A stretch of DNA of 59,264 bases, filler included, from Squatina squatina (Eukaryota): assembly GCA_031763465.1 (NCBI GenBank). It is 3 parts of 3 records of this genome, joined end to end, with 100 filler letters (N's around TTAATTAATTAA, not from the genome) between each part and the next. Parts side by side here need not be neighbours in the genome. Positions count along the whole stretch, not along the records: positions 44,169 to 59,264 come from JARFOE010000057.1; 2 more parts are not named here. One strand, written 5' to 3'. Positions within the stretch are counted from its first letter, which is position 1. Each line of letters starts with the position of its first letter. Made by a program: the position numbers and the translations under genes. This document shows, one piece after another, positions 50,641 to 59,264 of this stretch. Under the pieces are notes generated by a model that saw only the letters and a list, made by a program, of their open reading frames with translations, was not told where the DNA came from and did no database searches.

Positions 50641-53600
50641 ACAAATGAAGAGACACAAAGGATGCCGGAGATATCAACTTCCCATTAAACAGCACATTGA
50701 AAGACAGAATAAATAGCAGTTTGAAAAAATAATTTTTCAACAATTACGAAGAAATAAAAGGATGACAGTCTTACCTTCTGAATGCACTGGTGTCCAATTC
50801 CCCCACTGGTGCAACTGCTGTACTTCTATACCACTATTTAATCGTTATCTAAAGTGGATAGCATTACGAGTGCCAGACAGCGGTATGGGTAAAGACAGAA
50901 CTGAGGCAACTAAGTGCAATATTTATANNNNNNNNNNNNNNNNNNNNNNNNNNNNNNNNNNNNNNNNNNNNNNNNNNNNNNNNNNNNNNNNNNNNNNNNN
51001 NNNNNNNNNNNNNNNNNNNNNNNNNNNGAAACCAACTGAGCGCCCTGGGAGCGCCTTCCGGTGGTCCTACCCGGGCGAGCCGTCAAACTGAATTTTGTGC
51101 TCAAAGACCTTTATATTTTACTAATATTCTGTATTCATTTGAAATCAGTTTATCATTCCCTTTCTATTTTAACGCCTCAGTGCTTTGAGTCTTTAGAATG
51201 TAATTCTCTAACAGGTAATTGTGTTGGGTACAATGAATGTTTCACAATGTTTTCTGCTGGTACAAGGAATCAAGAACTGATTAAGGCACAAAGTGCAGCC
51301 AAATTCCATGATCAGCTTGAGTTCCCTTGCTCCATGTTTTAAAAAAACATACTGGAAAATTAAATTTTACAATTGAAGAGATAAATAGTTTCTCACAATA
51401 CAATTATTATTAGCCTGGTTTCCTCTGCACAAATAAATTAACACTTGTGGCAAAGTTATTGATTTCAGGTGGATTTTTTTAGAAAAAGGTTTTAATTATT
51501 GCACAACTTCATCTGAATGCTGGTTGTTATGGCAATTATTTGTGTCACTGTGAATGAAGAGCTGTGGTATTTTCTGGCTCAGCTCCTGGAATGCGAGCTT
51601 TTAATGTGCTTTGATGCAAACCTCCCACTCCACTCTCTCGACCAATTGGATCACTGCTTTATTTTATCCGTGAAAATACAGTGCGCCAGACTCTAGTCAA
51701 AGTGCCAGTACTAGAATTCTGAAGGACTGCTGCATTGGTCAGTGCAAATTGGCACCTCCACAACCCCTGCAATAGGAGTACTTGCAACAGTTTCTGAAGC
51801 CTCTACAGAGAAAGTATTATAATACAAGGGGACAGAAATTTCTACAGCTTTTCACATTGATTCACTGATCAGTATAATTACTCCTGCATGTCCCCTNNNN
51901 NNNNNNNNNNNNNNNNNNNNNNNNNNNNNNNNNNNNNNNNNNNNNNNNNNNNCGTACTAGATGTCATTCTTTTTTATTGTACAATGTACTTTAAAAGAGA
52001 AAAAAAATGCTCCCCAGGGAACTTAAGTGCTGCTTGAGGGATCTCATTCAATCAATAAGCTCTTGCTCCTTGTGGAACAGCAGATTTTCAGTCGGGGCTG
52101 AGGGGCAATTTTTCTTGGTAATGTCCCATGAGAAAATACATTTCTGGCAAGTTGCAGAGTTTTAATGAAATTATTTAACACATTTTGCCTTAGATTTGTT
52201 GTTCTTCTGAAGTAAGTATACAGTACATGACATGCACCGCAACACATATTGCACACCCCTTCCCCCTCTTCTGAGACACGGTACATTCCAGAGACAGATG
52301 TCCTCAGTAGCAGAGCAGTTGGGATGCAGCACAGGAACAACTGTGTGTTAGTTACAATGTCTTCGCTCAGTGACGTGACTACTTTGCTCCTGTTAAAAAA
52401 ACTTACATAAGTTGACAGCAAACTTCCATTGATTTCAGAAGTGTCAGGTAAGTGCTGCCAAGTGTGTGCCAATAGAAATCTTTTCACAGTAAGATATGCT
52501 TTCTTGTAAACGAGGTGCTTTTTGCTGAGAAACTAAAAAACTGAACCCATAATAATGTCAATATGAGCAGTGAAGATCTGTTTTTTTTTAAGTAGTTATA
52601 AAGTTATATATAAACATTGTACATAAACATTGTAAGCAGTAATGGTCCAGTATACAATTCTGCGAGAAACATTAGTTAGAGCAACACTGTTGCAGTTTCT
52701 TAAAATAAATGTGAGATTCTTGATAATGGTCAGTTTTTGACTAGCTGTTTAAAGTTTCGGTGCAAGTACAATGGCCTTTTGTCTTTTTCAGTGACTGCTT
52801 ATTATGGGTGATGGGCTGGCTGAAATTTGGTTTGGCAGAGCGCTAATAGAACTAGAAAAATGTCAGCAAACCTGACCTTAGAGAAGCCCTGAAGATATGT
52901 CACATCGTGCATGACTTATGTATCAACTATAATATCAGTTGATGCTGATCACCATAAAGCACTTAAGTAGCAGTGAGGTACTGCCGCGGGCGCTGGTCTC
53001 TGATCACTTGATAGGAGCCATACACACAGTGGGGTAAGGTGAACATTGTCAGTTTTTTCCTTAGCCCCAGGTGAAATGCTCAGTCTCTATGAGGTGCTAT
53101 GCAGTGCTTCACCTCATTATTCCATGCACAGATGAAGAAATCCTTTTATGCTGGTGTTTGTGGGAGCCCAGTTGTTGAATCTGCAACTTGGCGGTGAGGT
53201 CAGGACATTGACTACACGATTGCTAGTCTATCATTTTCCTCAGCACTGTATTAAGCTGCAATGTTTTCTCACTGTTAATCTACAGGACCCAATACTGGTT
53301 TCTTACAGGTGTATGTATGGGTGGGCTTCGTTTCTGTATTTCTTCCAGTTTTCACCCCTCTTCTTCACCTCTCTCCTCCCCCTCCTGTAGGTACTGACTT
53401 TTACCGGAGTTCAGTTCAAGCACCTTCCAGTGCCTCACCAAAGTGACCATTCTTCATGTGAGACTGGACACTGAATATCAGCAGACTGTTCAAATATGTC
53501 CTCACATGATGTTCACATACATGCCGTTCCCAGTTGGAGCCACGGACAGCGACTAACTGAGAACATTGAACTGGTGTTTTTTCTCGCTAGCCCACAAATT

Positions 53601-53821
53601 CTGCAGTATATTGTATCCTCCCTGTTACCAACTCAGCTGAGGTTAGATAACTTGGCTCACATTGCTGATAGGTACGGTTCAGTTCCACCAGGACATTGTG
53701 CTTGTGCTTCCTAACTGAGCCNNNNNNNNNNNNNNNNNNNNNNNNNNNNNNNNNNNNNNNNNNNNNNNNNNNNNNNNNNNNNNNNNNNNNNNNNNNNNNN
53801 NNNNNNNNNNNNNNNNNNNNN

Positions 53822-53900
53822 CAGCCATGATCCAATTGAATGGCGGAGCGGGCTCGATGGGCCGAATGGCCTACTCCTGCTCCTACTTCTTATGGTCTCA
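53822..53900 (+). mobile_element. CR1 LINE 3' tail
   Basis: cagccatgat..gaatggcggagcgggctcgatgggccgaatggcctactcctgctcct. Confidence 0.8.
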
Positions 53901-54738
53901 TGCAGATTAAGGATAGTATTTCTTATTTGATATTTAATTGTCCTGCCATTACATCCTATTTGCTTTTGCAGCACTGGTCATGGACCTTCAATGACTCATG
54001 CACAGGTCCTTCTCTCAATGTCAGAACACAAACCATAATCCCTTCCTCTGCCTTAGTCTTTTCATTTCTGCTGTCTGGTTTTGGGTTTGGGAAAAGATAG
54101 CCGCCCATGGTGCAGTTCTCGAGGGTAAGGCAGGTTTCCATGTGTGCAGATGCACACTCCAAGCTGAAACCACTGCCCATTAAATATACTCTGTACGACT
54201 ATATAGCCTATGTAGTGGAAAAATGAGAAAATACTGACTGAGTCCCCTGGTTTGCTCTCTTGCAGTCACTGTGTGAAATTGTGTAACATCTTGCTGTGCT
54301 GATTTGAGTGGGAGAGAATTAATGTAGCATTCGTAATGTATGACACACCACATGGTACAGAACCAATTGGGTGGATTACACCTTAAAGTTACATTTGGGG
54401 AAATGCTTTAAAACAACAAATAATGTAATGAAGGACTTGTTGGACTGTGCTGTTTCACTAGTCAATACAGCTAATGAAAGAAGTAATGGAAGGAGGTTCT
54501 TCGACATTGCTGGCTGCCTCCACTATTGGTGTTTGTTTAATCCTGCAGTTTTAGTTGGATGATTTAGTGCTGATAAGGATTTACGTTGTGCTCCTCCCTC
54601 ACACTCAAGTTGCAACAGGTTAGTGATTTTCAGGAGTGTACATACTGGAGACAGTGAATTAGGACAACTCAGCTGTTTATTTGCCGAGGATTACTGTGAA
54701 CTGCTCTTCAAAAAAAAAAGTTTTTTCATACATTCTAG

Positions 54739-54808
54739 ATTTCTGCTGCTGGATAGCTTTATTTGCAGTGATTTAGACTTGTGTTGAGGATACGTTTCGC
54801 ACAAGCAG
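54739..54808 (+). other. Candidate non-coding 5' exon of INAVA
   Basis: Polypyrimidine tract plus tag acceptor and CAG|gtaagg donor, upstream of the INAVA start codon and on the same strand. Confidence 0.35.
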
Positions 54809-56806
54809 GTAAGGATACTTAGATTCCAAGTGTATACTCACTTTGGCTTCTTATAGACTGTTTGCCTTCACAGTTCGGGCACACCTTTAGGGTGTAGTTT
54901 TACTCCGCCACTGCCAGTTCACATCACTGCTTCAAAGCGAAGCTGATAAAATAACTAGATATTTTAGTGTGCAGACAGTTTGCAAGGTCAGCAGTTGGTG
55001 GTAGTCCTGGTATATATTACAGTGTGTTAAAACAATAGCAGAATAGTTCTGAAATTATAGTCAATCTGATTTATGACAAAGACATTTACAGTGACAACAT
55101 TTAAGGATAATTGTGGGANNNNNNNNNNNNNNNNNNNNNNNNNNNNNNNNNNNNNNNNNNNNNNNNNNNNNNNNNNNNNNNNNNNNNNNNNNNNNNNNNN
55201 NNNNNNNNNNNNNNNNNNNNNNNNNNNNNNNNNNNNNNNNNNNNNNNNNNNNNNNNNNNNNNNNNNNNNNNNNNNNNNNNNNNNNNNNNNNNNNNNNNNN
55301 NNNNNNNNNNNNNNNNNNNNNNNNNNNNNNNNNNNNNNNNNNNNNNNNNNNNNNNNNNNNNNNNNNNNNNNNNNNNNNNNNNNNNNNNNNNNNNNNNNNN
55401 NNNNNNNNNNNNNNNNNNNNNNNNNNNNNNNNNNNNNNNNNNNNNNNNNNNNNNNNNNNNNNNNNNNNNNNNNNNNNNNNNNNNNNNNNNNNNNNNNNNN
55501 NNNNNNNNNNNNNNNNNNNNNNNNNNNNNNNNNNNNNNNNNNNNNNNNNNNNNNNNNNNNNNNNNNNNNNNNNNNNNNNNNNNNNNNNNNNNNNNNNNNN
55601 NNNNNNNNNNNNNNNNNNNNNNNNNNNNNNNNNNNNNNNNNNNNNNNNNNNNNNNNNNNNNNNNNNNNNNNNNNNNNNNNNNNNNNNNNNNNNNNNNNNN
55701 NNNNNNNNNNNNNNNNNNNNNNNNNNNNNNNNNNNNNNNNNNNNNNNNNNNNNNNNNNNNNNNNNNNNNNNNNNNNNNNNNNNNNNNNNNNNNNNNNNNN
55801 NNNNNNNNNNNNNNNNNNNNNNNNNNNNNNNNNNNNNNNNNNNNNNNNNNNNNNNNNNNNNNNNNNNNNNNNNNNNNNNNNNNNNNNNNNNNNNNNNNNN
55901 NNNNNNNNNNNNAATCACTGATAAGCACGTAGTTAAGAAACAGTTGACACTGAACTATTTGAAAGGTAATGGTCCGCCATCGTATCCTGTTACTAAGGCT
56001 AATTGAATTTTTAAGTGGGACAAGAGATGTATCTCAACATTGAAGATTGCACTGGTACAAGGACATGACTCTATTGCTTGGCAATGTCTCACAACCAGTT
56101 AACTTACACAGTTAATGAATGTTGTTAATGTCTGGTGATGACGGTTTTTAACAAAGACTGCTTAACAAAATAAACAGCAGGCATCAAATCGATGGTATTT
56201 ACATACTTTATGGCTAATTATTTATACGTGCTCAACCAGTGGCATTATGCCTTGGGTATTGTATCTATCATATAATGCATATTGTTTTTCAAAGGCCCAA
56301 ATCTCATCAGGAATTTATGTTACAGACACAGCAGGAGTCAGTCTCCCTAATTCATGAGATAGTAGGGAGCAAACTTTGTTTTGTGGGGGAGGGTTTTTTT
56401 TTCATTGTTGAGATTGCCTGCTTCCTGCAGCAAGGTAGTACAACCACAACATTTTTTTTCCATGCCACCACTACTCTCATTGTGATGACCTACCTTTTGC
56501 TCTTTCTGCAACGGCACTTGAAAGCAGAAAACTTGCAGGGAGCAATTGTATGTCAGGCATATGTCAAACAGAGACCTCACTGTGAATTAGAAGTGCTAAA
56601 TTGTCACAGCTGTTTGCTTATTTTGGTGGCGGGGTGGGAGGGGGACTCGACAGCAATACTTGGCCATGATATCTTAGGATAGCTCTGTGATTGCATGGGA
56701 GGGGTTGTAAATATTTGAGCCCCACCCATGATGTTTGAGCCCTGATAGAGCATTTGTGGACCAGTATTCTTTGTGCATTGTCACTGGTGACATTTTTGAA
56801 ATGATT

Positions 56807-56930
56807 ATGGTGACCAGACGTCCCTGTTTAGCTGAGACAGTCCCGTTTTTTTTAGTAAATGTCCCGGTGTTCTGACATTTACCTTCAAATTGCTCAAATG
56901 TCGCAGTTTCCAGCAAGCGAGAATGGAAAA
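56807..56930. mobile_element. hAT-Blackjack-like DNA transposon terminus
   Basis: (a)tggtgaccagacgtccctgtttagctgagacagtcccg resembles recalled MER81/MER94-type termini (AGGGTGACCA..CGTCCC..GGGACAGTCCCG). Confidence 0.55.
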
Positions 56931-57077
56931 CTGATTGCTCATGCGCAGTCCTGGCAGAGAACTGACTGCTCATGCGCTGTCCTGGCAGAGAACTGACTCA
57001 CAGTCCTGGCAGAGAATTGATTGCTCATGCGCAGTCCTGGCAGAGAATTGATTGCTCATGCGCAGTCCTGGCAGAGA
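56931..57077. repeat. 31-bp tandem repeat (about 5 copies, running into a gap)
   Basis: Unit CTGATTGCTCATGCGCAGTCCTGGCAGAGAA read directly; the third copy has an internal deletion. Confidence 0.92.
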
Positions 57078-58168
57078 NNNNNNNNNNNNNNNNNNNNNNN
57101 NNNNNNNNNNNNNNNNNNNNNNNNNNNNNNNNNNNNNNNNNNNNNNNNNNNNNNNNNNNNNNNNNNNNNNNNNNNNNTTTTCACTCACAACCTTTTGTGT
57201 TCATTAACATAGTGATTAGTCTGCACTAATGAAATTGCTAATGGTTTAATGCAGTTTTGAAACATTTGCAGTGATATTAAATTATTTTACTCAAATATGC
57301 TTATTTTCCTCAAAATAAAACATTTTTAGAAACTCAATACATTGCTGAATTTTGATATGAACAAAAATGAGTAAGAATACATATTAGGAGAAGAGTAACG
57401 GTGAGAAATAAATTTGCATAGGACCTTGTAGAAACAGATTAGAAATGGCTGCAAATTACATCGGCATTTAAATATCAACAGGATAAGATAATAAGAAGTT
57501 AATAAAAATCCTGACATTTAGTAAAATCAATAAGAATTTTGTTTTATAGTTGGTTAATTCAATATATATGAATGTGAAGCACGCCCTGTATACACGTTAA
57601 GTACTTTAGTTCAGACAGGTTTTGGCACCTGCTTGTTATGTAAAGAAAACATTGCTGCCAAACTTGCTACCTTCTTTTCTACCAAGCACTGCTAGGCACA
57701 GATGATGATAATGTCAGTACATATTCCCTCTGTGGTTGCAGGTGCACATTTGGGATTATTTGCTTATCTCTTGATGTGCACCAATGCACATAATTTGGAC
57801 TTTGCATTTGTGTGCTTATTTTCACGGCTATTTCTAGGTATTGAGATATTCCCTTGTTTGGGTACAAGATGAAAGGCATCCAGAACAAGTAACACACTGG
57901 CCACTGACTTTACATCTGTTTAATTGTTCATTTGCAGTCACTGAGGTCAGTAGTTGGAGCCAAATAGTGAAAAACAAGAAAAATATTCTCTGAAAATATC
58001 TTTTTTTAACTCTTCAATCTCTGTGTATTTTATATCAAAACAAGTTAAACATAATAATGTGTCTTCAACCTATTTTGTTATGTAATTAACAGGTAAATAG
58101 GTTAATTCTTCTTGGAATAAATTATTTCTGGGCCAAAGGAAGACTAGATAATATACTCTGTCGTGAAG

Positions 58169-58223
58169 ATGGAAAGCAAAGATGAAGCCAGTGATTCTGA
58201 CAGTGGGGTCATTCTCCAGTCAG
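58169..58223 (+). CDS. INAVA: INAVA (C1orf106) first coding segment
   Basis: MESKDEASDSDSGVILQS, versus recalled human MESKDEVSDTDSGIILQS; CAG|gtaac donor. Confidence 0.92.
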
Positions 58224-58512
58224 GTAACTTTATTTTTGTTTCTTTTTTTATTACTTATTCTTGATTGGATCAACCCATTTCTTTATTACTGAATATTGAT
58301 TATTTGATCTCATTAGCATTGTTTTGCCATTTAATTTCCCCTTCATTTATAGCTCCAGGTAGAAAAAAAGTCTGTATTTCAGTATTAAATATGTTTCCCA
58401 TATAATATTCTTAATCAGTCCTAAGGCTTTAGTTTTTTTTTGACTATCTCATTTTTTTTCTTTTTTTAAATTCAGTCATGGAATATGGGTGACACTGGCA
58501 AAGCCAGCATTT

Positions 58513-58575
58513 ACTGCCCATCCCTAATTGCTCTGCCCATCCCTTATGGCACTGCCCATCCCTAATTTCTCTGCA
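58513..58575. repeat. About 19-bp unit repeated 3 times at the end of an inverted LINE tail
   Basis: ctgcccatccctaattgct / ctgcccatcccttatggca / ctgcccatccctaatttct. Confidence 0.75.
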
Positions 58576-59038
58576 TAACTACCAAGCTGAGTTANNNNNN
58601 NNNNNNNNNNNNNNNNNNNNNNNNNNNNNNNNNNNNNNNNNNNNNNNNNNNNNNNNNNNNNNNNNNNNNNNNNNNNNNNNNNNNNNNNNNNNNNCAAGTT
58701 TTGAGCTCTTTTACTGACTATAACATAGGTTCCTAAAGGTAAATAATATGGAAATCATTGTGCGCAGCTAAGAACTAACTATGGACGGGTGAAAGTGGCA
58801 GGAGAGTAGGAAGGCAGAGGAGTAGTGATAGGATTGAGAGGATAAAGTATTTGTGATTGGGAGAAATAAATGTGGTATAACTAGGGCCAGGAAAGGGTGG
58901 AGAGAGGAGAGAAGAGCCCAAGAGAAAAAAATAGACTAGTGTTCCGGAATTGGCAAAAATAACTTGACACATAAAGACGTTATCGTGCTGACTTGTGTAA
59001 TATTATCTTCATTTGTAAATGTAGTATTCCATTCACAG

Positions 59039-59163
59039 GGTCAGACAGTCCTCAGTCACCGACGAAAGATCGGTATCGTTCTGTCATTTCACGTAAGCAA
59101 ATGCTGGAAGAAACACTGGAGGCTTATTTGGATGAACTGAAAAAACTGTGTTTACGCGAATCT
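59039..59163 (+). CDS. INAVA: INAVA exon, CUPID coiled-coil region
   Basis: GSDSPQSPTKDR..KQMLEETLEAYLDELKKLCLRES, versus recalled human GPDSPVSPMKE..QRALEARLEACLEELRRLCLREA; in phase with the previous exon. Confidence 0.93.
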
Positions 59164-59264
59164 GTGAGTACTAGTAGACGATACTCTCTGGGTTCTGATT
59201 TCAGTGTTTTACAATTATACATATGGTTGCTGTGGCAAACATTTGATTAGCATCCAATTCTGTA

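Noticed and set aside
56931-57077. 31-bp repeats of CRISPR-like length
   Set aside because: Units are head-to-tail with no unique spacers, there are no cas genes, and the context is vertebrate; it is a minisatellite.

Overview
Vertebrate genomic DNA, almost certainly from a shark or ray (elasmobranch-type CR1/L2 LINE tails and Deu-domain SINEs), from a very fragmented draft assembly with many 100-N gaps. Two 100-base spacers carrying an artificial TTAATTAATTAA linker (29106-29205 and 44069-44168) split the window into three unrelated blocks. Block 1 (1-29105), similar to the human 3q13 block: CIP2A(-), DZIP3(+, with an unexpected CARD-like exon), an unnamed germline-joined VJ-type Ig exon of the CD28/NKp30 type (+), TRAT1(+), an HJURP-like gene(-), MORC1(-) and a matriptase-family serine protease(-). 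Block 2 (29206-44068): STK17B(-) and HECW2(-). Block 3 (44169-59264): MAPK14(-), TMEM167B(-), GPR25(+) and INAVA(+). All genes are partial because many exons lie in gaps. Gene calls come from reading GT-AG exons by hand and comparing them with human protein sequences recalled from memory; no database search was run. No prokaryotic systems, CRISPR arrays, rRNA genes or bona fide tRNA genes were seen. The best leads are the orphan VJ-Ig exon next to TRAT1, the CARD-like exon in DZIP3, and the HJURP-like and MORC1 genes in a cartilaginous fish.
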